From an uncultured Synergistaceae bacterium (GTDB lineage Bacteria; Synergistota; Synergistia; Synergistales; Aminobacteriaceae), in the NCBI GenBank assembly GCA_964630155.1, contig CAZVUT010000001.1:34515-98514 (forward strand): a stretch of DNA of 64,000 nucleotides, written 5' to 3'. The position numbers and the translations under genes are program-made. A model generated the notes under the pieces. That model did no database searches, had not been told where the DNA came from, and saw only the letters and a program-made list of their open reading frames with translations. Positions 9,858 to 19,108 of the stretch are shown in pieces (position 1 is the stretch's first letter; every line of letters begins with the position of its first letter).

Positions 9858-10439
9858 ATGTCATTGGCTGAAATAAAGGCCAAAATTGAATCTGAGGCGA
9901 AATCCGAGTCGCAACGGATCCTTGATGCGGCGAGAGAAGAAATCGTAGCGATACAGAAAAAGACAAGTGACGAAATTTCTAAGATCGAGTCTCAATACGC
10001 TGAACGTCTCAAGAGGGAAGAGCCGGAAATATTGCGTCGCCGCGAAATTGTCGCGAATCTCGATGTTCAGAAAAATGAGCTTGGCGAAAAACAGGAGCTT
10101 ATTGCTGATGCTTTTGTGCAGGCGCTCAAAACGTTGCAGAGTCTGCCGCAAGCAAAATACTTGGATTTTGTGAAAGGTCTCCTGCGGAAAGCCTCTGTTT
10201 CCGGAAAAGGCGAAGTGCTTGTTGGAAACAATGAGAAATTTATCACGGAACAGTGGTTGTCTACATATAACCAAGAGAATAAAAGCGAACTGACGTTAGG
10301 GAAAAATAGAATCGCCATCTCCGGAGGTTTCGTCCTGAGGCAGGGAGACGTGGATACGAATTGTTCCTGGGATATGCTGCTTCGTTGGATTCATGACGAT
10401 ATCGAAGCAAATGTGGTGTCCCGGCTCTTTTCGGCCTAG
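9858..10439 (+). CDS. ntpE: V-type ATPase subunit E
   Basis: 193 aa with an N-terminal long helix (EAKSESQRILDAAREE...) and a C-terminal globular part. Its position between K and C supports the call. Confidence 0.8.
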   Translation: MSLAEIKAKIESEAKSESQRILDAAREEIVAIQKKTSDEISKIESQYAERLKREEPEILRRREIVANLDVQKNELGEKQELIADAFVQALKTLQSLPQAKYLDFVKGLLRKASVSGKGEVLVGNNEKFITEQWLSTYNQENKSELTLGKNRIAISGGFVLRQGDVDTNCSWDMLLRWIHDDIEANVVSRLFSA

Positions 10440-10456
10440 AGTGTGGAGGTGGATTG

Positions 10457-11470
10457 ATGGCTCCAGCGGAGCGTTATGGATATACAGTAGCCCGCTTGAG
10501 GGCAATGGGAAATCGCCTTCTGGACGAGAGTACATATCAGCGAATTCTTGATTCGGAAGATCTCGAATCCGCGATTAAGGTTCTCGGAGAGACTGTTTAT
10601 TCGTCGTGGATCGTCGATATGAAATCGAACCGGGACTTTGATCAGGCAATAGAGGCCGAGTTGCTTTATGTCTATTCGGAGATCGAGAAATTCGTCCCGG
10701 ATAAACGGCTTGTCGAAGTGTGCAGATTGCCGTACGACTTCCATAATATCAAGGTTCTCATCAAGAGCCATATTCTCCAGAAAGAAGGAAAGGATCGCCG
10801 GTTCAACCTTTTGACGCCTCTTGGGAATATTGCAAAAGATGACCTCATCATGGCGGTTGAGAGTGAAGATTACAGGCTCCTTCCTTATGGCCTCCATACC
10901 GTCCTCCCTAGGAGCCTCGCTCTTTGGGAACAGACGAAGGACATTCTGGAGGTCGAAAAGGATCTCGACAACCAACAGTTCTCACTGATGCTCCGCATGG
11001 TTTCGGAAACCGGCGTTGCGTCGGCGATCGCATGGGCAAAAGCAAAAATTGACGCCGAAAACCTGCGGAATGCAGTTCGTCTGCGACGTGTCGGCACGGA
11101 CGTTTCTTCGGCCGCTTCATACTTCCACGACGGGGGCTTTATCTCCAAAGAGCATCTTTTGTCGCTTCTTCCTGAACCGCTTGAAGGGTGGGCGAAGCTG
11201 ATCGGTTTCGCCGATGCCGGCCTTTTGCTGGGAGAAATGAAGGAATTGGGCGATATGAACCATGTCCTGGTCGAAATGGAACGACTTCTTGACAACTACA
11301 TCACAGGCGTTCTTGCGAAAGCGAAATATGGAGCCTTTTCTGAAGACAACGTAATGCAATACTTGTGGTCCAAGGAAATTGAAGCGAAGAATGTTCGCAT
11401 CCTGCTTGTGTCCGTTGCGAACAACACGAACAGGGATTTGGCGAGGGGGCTGCTGCGAAATGTCCGCTAA
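10457..11470 (+). CDS. ntpC: V-type ATPase subunit C (d/AC39 family)
   Basis: About 337 aa. The pattern YGYTVARLRAMGNRLL...YDFHNIKVLIK is typical of AC39-family subunits. ATG 10457 lies 6 nt after GGAGG. Confidence 0.8.
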   Translation: MAPAERYGYTVARLRAMGNRLLDESTYQRILDSEDLESAIKVLGETVYSSWIVDMKSNRDFDQAIEAELLYVYSEIEKFVPDKRLVEVCRLPYDFHNIKVLIKSHILQKEGKDRRFNLLTPLGNIAKDDLIMAVESEDYRLLPYGLHTVLPRSLALWEQTKDILEVEKDLDNQQFSLMLRMVSETGVASAIAWAKAKIDAENLRNAVRLRRVGTDVSSAASYFHDGGFISKEHLLSLLPEPLEGWAKLIGFADAGLLLGEMKELGDMNHVLVEMERLLDNYITGVLAKAKYGAFSEDNVMQYLWSKEIEAKNVRILLVSVANNTNRDLARGLLRNVR

Positions 11471-11801
11471 TGAAGAGAAAAGATCCATGGCAGCCATAGG
11501 GGATTATGAGACGGTTCTTCCCTTCCAGGCAGTTGGCGTTACTCCGTTTATCCTGAGAGAAACGACCGAAGTCGGTTTTCGGGAAGTCCTGTTCCGATGC
11601 GCACGGAATGACTATGCCGTTGTCTTTGTACAGGAAGACTTTTACACGGCGAATCAGGGCTATATCAAAGAAGTGAACGAGACGTATTCAGTCAGCGTCA
11701 TCCCGATTCCCGGAATCCGAGGGGGATCCGGTGCGGGGCTTGAGTCCATACGAAACAGCGTTGAACGCGCTGTCGGCATGGATATTTTCGCCGTAAAATG
11801 A
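11460..11801 (+). CDS. ntpF: V-type ATPase subunit F
   Basis: The protein contains MAAIGDYETVLPFQAVGV...AVVFVQED, typical of subunit F. ATG 11460 overlaps the end of subunit C. ATG 11487 is an alternative start. Confidence 0.8.
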   Translation: MSANEEKRSMAAIGDYETVLPFQAVGVTPFILRETTEVGFREVLFRCARNDYAVVFVQEDFYTANQGYIKEVNETYSVSVIPIPGIRGGSGAGLESIRNSVERAVGMDIFAVK

Positions 11802-11837
11802 ACGAATCACGAAGAATTTTGGTGGAGGCGATACGGA

Positions 11838-13631
11838 GTGGCCACTGACAAGAAGATACAAGGGACTATAGAAAAGATCTCGGGTCCGCTCGTCGTGGCG
11901 AAGGGTATGACCGGAGCGAGCATGTTTGACGTAGTGCGAATTGGAACGCTGGGACTCGTCGGAGAAATAATCGAACTCAAAGGCGATACGGCTTCCATTC
12001 AGGCCTATGAAGAGACATCCGGTCTCATGCCCGGAGAGCCAGTCGTGGATACGGGGGAAGCGCTCAGCGTTGAACTCGGGCCCGGTTTGATCGAGCAGTT
12101 TTATGACGGCGTCCAGCGGCCTCTTCAGCTTATCGAAGAAGCTGCGAAGAGTCCGTACATTTCGCGAGGCATTTCTGTCCCTGCAATTGACAGGAGCAAG
12201 AAATGGTCCTTTGAGCCTCGGGTAGCCAAGGGAGATCATGTGGTTGCCGGAGATGTCCTTGGGGTCGTTCAGGAAACCGTGCTTGTTGAGCACAGGATTC
12301 TTGTCCCGGTCGGAATTCAGGGAACGGTCGAGAGTATTTCGGCCGGCGACTTCACCGTTGAAGATGTTGTCGCAGTTATTCGTGACGGAGACATCGATCG
12401 CCGGATAACCATGCTGCAGAAATGGCCCGTTCGAAAGGGACGTCCTGTAGCGAAACGCCTTCCTCCGGTCATTCCGATGACGACGGGACAACGTGTTGTC
12501 GACGCCTTCTTCCCGATAGCAATGGGAGGGACTGCATGTGTTCCCGGGCCGTTCGGTTCGGGGAAAACCGTCATTCAGCACCAGCTGGCCAAGTGGGCCG
12601 AGGCGGAGATCGTCGTATATGTCGGATGCGGCGAACGCGGCAATGAGATGACGGACGTTCTGCTTGAGTTCCCTGAGTTGCAGGATCCGCGTTCGGGACA
12701 GCCGCTTATGAAGCGGACCGTCCTTATTGCAAACACCTCGAACATGCCCGTCGCCGCACGCGAAGCGAGCATTTATACGGCGATCACAATGGCGGAATAC
12801 TATCGCGACATGGGTTATTCCGTTGCTCTCATGGCCGACTCTACGAGCCGCTGGGCGGAAGCCCTTCGAGAAATGTCGGGACGTCTCGAAGAAATGCCCG
12901 GAGAAGAGGGATACCCGGCGTATCTTGGAACGAGACTTGCCTCCTTCTACGAAAGAGCAGGAAGGGCGATAGTCCTTGGTGCAGCCGGTCGTGAAGGTTC
13001 GGTTACGGCTATCGGCGCCGTTTCACCTCCTGGGGGTGACCTTTCGGAGCCCGTGAGCCAGAATACGCTGCGAGTTACGAAGGTGTTCTGGGGGCTTGAT
13101 GCGAACCTTGCATATCAGCGCCATTTCCCCGCGATCAACTGGCTTCTCAGCTATTCTCTGTACACAGAGAAACTTGATGAGTATTGGGACGCAAAGTTCG
13201 ACGACGAATGGAGCGGACTTCGCATTGAGGCGATGAAGCTGCTCGAAGAGGAAGACAAGCTCAAGGAAATCGTCCGACTGGTAGGAATCGATGCGCTGTC
13301 CAAAGACGAACGGATGGTTATGGAAACTGCAAAATCCTTGCGCGAGGACTTTTTGCATCAAAATGCATTCCACGAAATCGATACGTATGCGTCTATGGAA
13401 AAGCAGTTCAAGATGCTGAGCAACATCGTGAAGTTTCATCATCTTGCGATGGACGCGCTCAGAAAGGGTGCTCCGATGCAGTCAGTGTTCAATTTGCCCG
13501 TACGCGAGACTATAGCGCGAATGAGGTACGTGGAAGAACAGCACATTGCGCAGTTGGACGAGATTGAAGGACGTATTAAAGAGGAAATAGCACATCTTAT
13601 CCCGATTGGAGGGGATAGCGATGCTGCCTAG
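11838..13631 (+). CDS. ntpA: V-type ATPase catalytic subunit A
   Basis: 597 aa with the Walker A motif GPFGSGKTV, the non-homologous insert region, and [12 protein letters not shown]. It starts at GTG, 9 nt after GGTGGAGG. Confidence 0.95.
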   Translation: MATDKKIQGTIEKISGPLVVAKGMTGASMFDVVRIGTLGLVGEIIELKGDTASIQAYEETSGLMPGEPVVDTGEALSVELGPGLIEQFYDGVQRPLQLIEEAAKSPYISRGISVPAIDRSKKWSFEPRVAKGDHVVAGDVLGVVQETVLVEHRILVPVGIQGTVESISAGDFTVEDVVAVIRDGDIDRRITMLQKWPVRKGRPVAKRLPPVIPMTTGQRVVDAFFPIAMGGTACVPGPFGSGKTVIQHQLAKWAEAEIVVYVGCGERGNEMTDVLLEFPELQDPRSGQPLMKRTVLIANTSNMPVAAREASIYTAITMAEYYRDMGYSVALMADSTSRWAEALREMSGRLEEMPGEEGYPAYLGTRLASFYERAGRAIVLGAAGREGSVTAIGAVSPPGGDLSEPVSQNTLRVTKVFWGLDANLAYQRHFPAINWLLSYSLYTEKLDEYWDAKFDDEWSGLRIEAMKLLEEEDKLKEIVRLVGIDALSKDERMVMETAKSLREDFLHQNAFHEIDTYASMEKQFKMLSNIVKFHHLAMDALRKGAPMQSVFNLPVRETIARMRYVEEQHIAQLDEIEGRIKEEIAHLIPIGGDSDAA

Positions 13632-15039
13632 AGAGTATTCGACAATCTCCGATCTTTCCGGCCCGTTGATGGTTGTTCAGAAGACTACGGATGTCCGATA
13701 TGACGAGCTTGTTGAGATTGAGCTTTCGAATGGCGTTCAGAGAAGAGGACGAGTTCTTGAGATTACTTCCGATAGAGCGCTCGTTCAGGTCTTCGAAGGC
13801 ACTGACGGAATCGATGTAAAATCCACAAAAGTCCGCTTTCTCGGAAAAGTGCTAACCCTTGCGGTGAGCCGTGACATGCTTGGTCGCGTGTTCAACGGTC
13901 GTGGTGATCCTATTGATGACGGCGCCGCCATTCTGGCCGAAACGAAACTCGACATCAACGGCATGCCGATGAATCCGTTCTCGAGGGATTTCCCATCCGA
14001 ATTCATTCAGACGGGAATTTCGACGATCGATGGCATGAATCCCATGGTCCGCGGCCAGAAGCTCCCTATTTTTTCCGGAAGCGGTCTTCCGCACAACCGT
14101 ATGGCGGCGCAGATTGCCCGCCAAGCGTCCGTAATTAGCGGACATGAGGATTTCGCCGTGGTCTTCGCGGCAATGGGTATAACGTTTGAAGAGGCTTCGT
14201 TCTTTATGGAGGACTTCAGAAAGACCGGAGCGATCAAGAGGACTGTCATGTTCGTAAACCTCGCCGATGACCCGGCGATCGAACGTATTACGACACCTCG
14301 TCTGGCTTTGACCGCCGCCGAGTATCTTGCTTTTGAACAGGATATGCACGTCGTCGTCATATTGACCGACCTGACGAACTATTGTGAGGCTCTTCGCGAA
14401 ATCTCGGCGGCGCGGAAAGAAGTTCCCGGCCGGAGAGGATATCCGGGATACCTGTATACTGACCTCGCGACGATGTACGAAAGAGCAGGCCGCATCAAGG
14501 GGAAAAAGGGATCGATCACGCAAATTCCAATACTGACCATGCCTGAAGATGACAAGACACACCCGATCCCGGACTTGACCGGCTATATCACTGAAGGACA
14601 GATTATCCTGAGCCGTGCTCTTCACAGAACGGGAATTTATCCGCCGGTCGACGTCATGCCTTCACTCTCCCGCTTAAAGGACAAGGGAATCGGAAAAGGA
14701 AAGACGCGGGAAGATCATGCCGATCTGATGAACCAGCTCTTTGCGGCGTACGCCAGAGGCAAGGAAGCGAAAGAGCTGGCTGTTATCCTAGGCGAAGGAG
14801 CTTTGACAGAAGAAGACAAAGCTTTTGCGCGTTTCTCTGACGAGTTTGAAGACAAGTACGTCCGTCAGGGAGAGTACGAAAACCGGACTATTGAGGAAAC
14901 ACTCGAACTCGGCTGGAATCTTCTCACGATGATTCCGGTTAAGGAACTGAAACGAGTCCGGGATGCGTACATCGAGAAATACCTTAAGCCGAGGCTGAAA
15001 ACGGAGGAGAAGGCCGAAGCAATTGAGAAATCTGCGTAG
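13621..15039 (+). CDS. ntpB: V-type ATPase subunit B
   Basis: About 472 aa with the motifs [27 protein letters not shown] and [18 protein letters not shown] 13621 follows GGAGGGG. The ORF-track start is 13606. Confidence 0.95.
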   Translation: MLPREYSTISDLSGPLMVVQKTTDVRYDELVEIELSNGVQRRGRVLEITSDRALVQVFEGTDGIDVKSTKVRFLGKVLTLAVSRDMLGRVFNGRGDPIDDGAAILAETKLDINGMPMNPFSRDFPSEFIQTGISTIDGMNPMVRGQKLPIFSGSGLPHNRMAAQIARQASVISGHEDFAVVFAAMGITFEEASFFMEDFRKTGAIKRTVMFVNLADDPAIERITTPRLALTAAEYLAFEQDMHVVVILTDLTNYCEALREISAARKEVPGRRGYPGYLYTDLATMYERAGRIKGKKGSITQIPILTMPEDDKTHPIPDLTGYITEGQIILSRALHRTGIYPPVDVMPSLSRLKDKGIGKGKTREDHADLMNQLFAAYARGKEAKELAVILGEGALTEEDKAFARFSDEFEDKYVRQGEYENRTIEETLELGWNLLTMIPVKELKRVRDAYIEKYLKPRLKTEEKAEAIEKSA

Positions 15040-15049
15040 GTGAGACAAT

Positions 15050-15673
15050 ATGGCTCGAGTCAATGTCAACCCTAACCGGATGGAGCTTTCGCGACTAAAG
15101 AAGAGGCTCGTCGTCGCAAAAAGAGGGCATAAACTGCTCAAAGACAAACAGGACGCTCTCATAAAGGCCTTTCTTGATCGCGCCCGACAGGCAAAACGGA
15201 TTCGGGAAGAACTGGAAGCGGAACTGGCGGAATGTTTCAAGAGTTTTCTTCTTGCGCGGGCGCAGACGCTTCCCGCCATGCTTGAACAGGCGCTGATGAT
15301 TTCCGGTTCGAAGTGCAGTCTGGGAGTGCGCCATTTGAATGTCATGAGCGTGGTGGTTCCCGAGTATTCCGTGCAGCAGGAAGGCGGCGCCTTGAATTAC
15401 GGTTTGGCCTCGTCTCCCGGGAGTCTTGACTTGGCGTTGGAGCGTTTCGCTCGATTGGTCCCTGCCTTGATCGATCTTGCGGCCAAAGAAAAAGCCATCG
15501 GTCTTATGGCGAAAGAAATCGAGAAAACGCGTAGACGGGTCAACGCTCTAGAACATGTTATGATTCCTGCTTTTATTGAAACAATACGATATATTACTAT
15601 GAAACTTGATGAGCAGGAAAGATCAACGCTGAGTCGTTTGATGAAGATCAAGGAGATTGTCAGGTCACATTGA
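15050..15673 (+). CDS. ntpD: V-type ATPase subunit D (central stalk)
   Basis: 207 aa. The N-terminus NPNRMELSRLKKRLVVAKRGHKLLKDKQDAL and the C-terminus RRVNALEHVMIP are typical of subunit D. Confidence 0.9.
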   Translation: MARVNVNPNRMELSRLKKRLVVAKRGHKLLKDKQDALIKAFLDRARQAKRIREELEAELAECFKSFLLARAQTLPAMLEQALMISGSKCSLGVRHLNVMSVVVPEYSVQQEGGALNYGLASSPGSLDLALERFARLVPALIDLAAKEKAIGLMAKEIEKTRRRVNALEHVMIPAFIETIRYITMKLDEQERSTLSRLMKIKEIVRSH

Positions 15674-15690
15674 GCGAGAGGCGGAAAACA

Positions 15691-15731
15691 AGAGAGAGAC
15701 GCGCATTATGAGCGCGTCTCTCTCTTGTTTT
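15691..15731. terminator. Strong bidirectional intrinsic terminator (end of the V-ATPase operon; also faces cheR)
   Basis: A 14-bp perfect stem, AGAGAGAGACGCGC (15691-15704) with GCGCGTCTCTCTCT (15712-15725), and a 7-nt loop. It is flanked by AAAACA on the left and TGTTTT on the right. Confidence 0.85.
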
Positions 15732-15915
15732 GTGCACAGATAATTTCCAGAGGAATCGCCGGTTACGTCTCACGCGATACCCCCAGGATCTTTGGTCGGC
15801 GCGGAATCACCAAGAAAATTGCGTGATCAACTCTCCGGAGCGAGCGGTATTCCTCTATCATTCGATTTGGGCGTTCGACGAAGGAGCTTGGAGCAATGAA
15901 TGGAAGAAAAACGAT

Positions 15916-16731
15916 TCAAACAGAATCAAGCGGCCGGCGATAAAGAAACGCGCCTGCGGATTCAAAGCCGAGTTTTCGATAATCAAATATTTGTTCGGTT
16001 GAGCCGACGAGCAGATACCCGCCTGGACGTAGCGCCTTCGAGAATTTTTTGTATAAATTCACCTTAGTTTCAGAAGAGAAATAAATTACAACGTTTCGGC
16101 ATAATATTAAATCAAAATCGCTTAAAAAAGTATCTTCTATAAGATTTATCCGTTGAAAATTAACCCGCGATTTGACGTCTTCGGTCACATTGTATGTTTC
16201 GTTATCTGATGTTCTGAAATATCGATTTAAATATTCATCTGGAGTATTAATTAATTGCCGCTTTAAATAACTTCCCCTTTTCGCTATAGAAATGGCACCT
16301 TCATCTATATCTGTAGCAAGAACTGGGTGAGCAGATGACAACTTTGCTTCAAGAGAAAGAATTGCGAGCGAATAAGGCTCCTCGCCAGTTGCGGAGCCTG
16401 CACTCCATATTTTTACTTTTTTAGAAGGGCGATCTTTTAAAATAGTGGGTAAAATTATATCACGAAGTTCCCACCACTTATTTGGATTGCGAAAAAATTC
16501 TGAAACATTTATTGTTAAATAATCCAAAAATTCACGTAGTTTCGAATCATTTTGTTTAATAATATCAAAGTATTCTTCATAATTGTTTATGTTCCATCTT
16601 TGCATAAGCATGTGAACGCGCCTATGAATTTGGTTTTTATAAGCGTTCAAATCTATGCCTGTTAGTTTTTTCATTTTTATTTTGAATGTTTCGTATTGAG
16701 GAGAATTATACGTAGACTGCTCGGAGTCCAT
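15916..16731 (-). CDS. cheR: Chemotaxis protein-glutamate O-methyltransferase CheR (orphan)
   Basis: It has the CheR N-terminal helical domain (FKIKMKKLTGIDLNAYKNQIHRRV), the SAM-binding motif IWSAGSATGEEPYSLA, and the FDLILCRNVVIYF motif. The upstream ATG 16782 is an alternative start. Confidence 0.85.
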   Translation of the reverse strand: MDSEQSTYNSPQYETFKIKMKKLTGIDLNAYKNQIHRRVHMLMQRWNINNYEEYFDIIKQNDSKLREFLDYLTINVSEFFRNPNKWWELRDIILPTILKDRPSKKVKIWSAGSATGEEPYSLAILSLEAKLSSAHPVLATDIDEGAISIAKRGSYLKRQLINTPDEYLNRYFRTSDNETYNVTEDVKSRVNFQRINLIEDTFLSDFDLILCRNVVIYFSSETKVNLYKKFSKALRPGGYLLVGSTEQIFDYRKLGFESAGAFLYRRPLDSV

Positions 16732-16837
16732 CGTCCCCACCAACCCTTCGACATGATGCTGACGATTGTATCGGAAAAACATGCATACTTCAAATGATTG
16801 AAAGACGCCCTGTAAAAGACGTGATAAAATCTATGGC

Positions 16838-17175
16838 CTGAGGGAGTATTCCTTGTGGCCGCGCCCGAAAGGGTGAGGAAAGTCCGGGCTCCAAAGGGCA
16901 GGACGCTGGGTAACGCCCAGTTGATGCGAATCAAAGGAAAGTGCCACAGAAAGAATACCGCCCATAATAGGGTAAGGGTGAAAAGGTGAGGTAAAAGCTC
17001 ACCGGGTTTGGGGCGACCCAAATGCCAGGTAAACCCCGTCCGGAGCAAGATCGAATAGGGGAGGATGAAGCTGCCCGCTGACTCCCGGGTTACGATCGCT
17101 TGAGAGTTTTCGCAAGGATTCTCCCAGATAAATGGCCACACTCGACAGAACCCGGCTTATTGAATGCTCCCTCAG
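16838..17175 (+). ncRNA. rnpB: RNase P RNA, bacterial type A
   Basis: The universal P4 elements GAGGAAAGTCCGGGCTCC and ACAGAACCCGGCTTA are present. P1 pairs CTGAGGGAG (16838-16846) with CTCCCTCAG (17167-17175). Confidence 0.9.
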
Positions 17176-17205
17176 AAAAATCGCTCAAAAGAATCTCAGG
17201 TCAGA

Positions 17206-17258
17206 GGTCCACAGGTTTGTCTGGAAACGCACAGATAAGCCTGTGGACCTATATTTTT
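17206..17258 (+). terminator. Intrinsic terminator after rnpB
   Basis: A 10-bp perfect stem, GGTCCACAGG (17206-17215) with CCTGTGGACC (17240-17249), and a 24-nt loop, followed by TATATTTTT. Confidence 0.6.
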
Positions 17259-17321
17259 CGCGGCTTTCATGTTAAGGTGTAGGCAAGTGTAAAGTAATGG
17301 GAAAAAGTGGGAGGAAGGCCC

Positions 17322-17747
17322 ATGTTTCTCGGCACATACGAACATCGTATCGATGCAAAAGGACGCTTGGTTCTTCCGGCCAAGCTCAGGCAAGAACTTG
17401 ACCAGGTTGTGTTCGCCACAATCGGTATCGATCGATGCATATCTTTATATTCTTCTGCTCAATGGGAGAGTGTTCTTAAGAAACTTGAATCGCTCCCTTT
17501 CGCAAAAGGGACAAGTCGTGGACTTTTACGAATTATGTTATCCAGCGCGAACGAAATTCCTATCGACGCCGCCGGACGTATTCTTCTTCCAAATATGTTG
17601 CGTACTCACGCGAAACTTGAACAGGATGTTTTTCTCGTAGGGGTGAGCGATCACATAGAAATCTGGGATAAGGCCTCTTGGGAGGAGTATCGCGAAAACA
17701 TCTTGCAATCTCTTCCTTCGATGGCAGAAAGTGTAGACGGTTTTTAA
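17322..17747 (+). CDS. mraZ: Transcriptional regulator MraZ
   Basis: MFLGTYEHRIDAKGRLVLPAKLR and a second DAAGRILLP repeat form the duplicated SpoVT/AbrB-like motifs. ATG 17322 follows GGGAGGAAGG. The ORF-track GTG 17307 is less likely. Confidence 0.9.
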   Translation: MFLGTYEHRIDAKGRLVLPAKLRQELDQVVFATIGIDRCISLYSSAQWESVLKKLESLPFAKGTSRGLLRIMLSSANEIPIDAAGRILLPNMLRTHAKLEQDVFLVGVSDHIEIWDKASWEEYRENILQSLPSMAESVDGF

Positions 17748-18704
17748 ATGGAAGAACATATCCCGGTGCTTATAGAAGAAATATTACGTATTATGAACTC
17801 ACATCATCAATCCGGCATCTGTATCGATGCAACGTTGGGTCATGGGGGATATTCCGCGGCGATTCTCGCAGCATTTCCCGATATCAGAGTTATAGGATTA
17901 GATAGAGATCAAGAGTCTATTGAATTATCAAATGAGCGCTTATCAAAATACAAAGACAGGTTTTTTGCTATTCATTGTAATTACAGTGACATTAAAACGG
18001 TAATTAGAAGTTTATCATATGAAGATAAAATACAAGCTATAATATATGATCTTGGCGTTTCTACGTTACAGATAACTACTCCGCAAAGAGGTTTTTCGTT
18101 TCAAGAAAATGGTCCGTTAGATATGAGAATGGATGCGACTAAAAAAAATGCTGTTACGGCTTTTCAAATTATAAATTTTTGGACAGAACAAAAATTAAGA
18201 GATTTATTTTTTTTATATGGAGAAGAACGATATTCAAAATATATAGCTAAAGCTATAATCCAATACAGAGAAAAATACCGGAATATTAGTTGTACTGAAG
18301 AATTAGTTGGAATAATACGACGCGTTCTTCCGCAGCCTGTGCAAAGAAAAATGGGATGTCATCCGGCACGTAGGGTATTTCAATCTTTACGTATAGCCGT
18401 AAACAATGAATTAGAGTCATTGAAAGAAAGTATTTTAGATGCTCATAATGTAATTGATGATAATGGACTTATATTCGTCGTAAGTTATCATTCTTTAGAA
18501 GACAAAATAGTAAAACAATTATTTGGTCAATTTGTAAATGATAAATCCGGTTATCTTTATAACAAGAAGATTATAAAACCGTCTTCTGAAGAAATTGAGA
18601 ATAATTATCGATCTAGAAGCGCAAAAATGCGAGTTTTTATAAAATATAACAAGATACTGACCACAAAGGAGAAATCGAGATGGACGGATCCTCTCAGTCT
18701 TTGA
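17748..18704 (+). CDS. rsmH: 16S rRNA (cytosine1402-N4)-methyltransferase RsmH
   Basis: HIPVL...DATLGHGGYS, DLGVSTLQ, the GPLDMRMD motif and SYHSLEDKIVK are present. Confidence 0.95.
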   Translation: MEEHIPVLIEEILRIMNSHHQSGICIDATLGHGGYSAAILAAFPDIRVIGLDRDQESIELSNERLSKYKDRFFAIHCNYSDIKTVIRSLSYEDKIQAIIYDLGVSTLQITTPQRGFSFQENGPLDMRMDATKKNAVTAFQIINFWTEQKLRDLFFLYGEERYSKYIAKAIIQYREKYRNISCTEELVGIIRRVLPQPVQRKMGCHPARRVFQSLRIAVNNELESLKESILDAHNVIDDNGLIFVVSYHSLEDKIVKQLFGQFVNDKSGYLYNKKIIKPSSEEIENNYRSRSAKMRVFIKYNKILTTKEKSRWTDPLSL

Positions 18705-19075
18705 GCAGACGCTTCTGTCCTGCTTTTTTGGTTTTAACGGCTTTCGTTGTTTTTTGTCTTCTTGGTCTTGCGGCTCTACGAGTCTATGCCTTCCGGCTCG
18801 AGCTCCGCGTTCATAAAGTGAGCGTTCAGATTAAAAACATAGAATCACAGGAAACGTTGCTTCAACAAACTTTGTCTTCTCTAATTGCTCCCGGTCGCGT
18901 CGTTCAGTATTCAAAAGAGACTCTCGGAATGGAATCTCTCTCTCAAGTTCGCATTGTACGAGTTCCGGCTTATATCGATAAATACGTTAAAAAGAACGAC
19001 GTAAAACATGAAATTAGCAAGAATGAGAGTGCATTACAAAGTCTGTTTGTTACAAAGGCCAACGCACTCGAGTAA
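18680..19075 (+). CDS. ftsL: FtsL-like cell division protein (single TM plus coiled coil)
   Basis: 131 aa with one TM helix (FLVLTAFVVFCLLGLAAL) followed by a helical region. Its position between rsmH and ftsI matches the canonical ftsL slot. Confidence 0.55.
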   Translation: MDGSSQSLSRRFCPAFLVLTAFVVFCLLGLAALRVYAFRLELRVHKVSVQIKNIESQETLLQQTLSSLIAPGRVVQYSKETLGMESLSQVRIVRVPAYIDKYVKKNDVKHEISKNESALQSLFVTKANALE

Positions 19076-19108
19076 AAGTCCTTTCCAAATTCTTGGAGGG
19101 ATATATCG

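Noticed and set aside
11688-12581. 297-aa minus-strand ORF; likewise 13852..14625, 38103..38720, 872..1606 and 10436..10975
   Set aside because: All are antisense to strongly supported genes (V-ATPase A, B and C subunits, yvcK, punA). None has a family motif or a plausible RBS context.
15730-16002. 90-aa plus-strand ORF downstream of the V-ATPase terminator
   Set aside because: It starts inside the terminator and runs antisense into the cheR 3' end. It has no RBS and no similarity to anything I recognise. The 15732-15915 stretch is treated as non-coding.
16677-17141. 154-aa minus-strand ORF, plus a 60-aa plus-strand ORF at 17100..17282
   Set aside because: Both lie on top of the RNase P RNA gene (universal P4 motifs present). 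The ORFs are by-products of a structured RNA gene.
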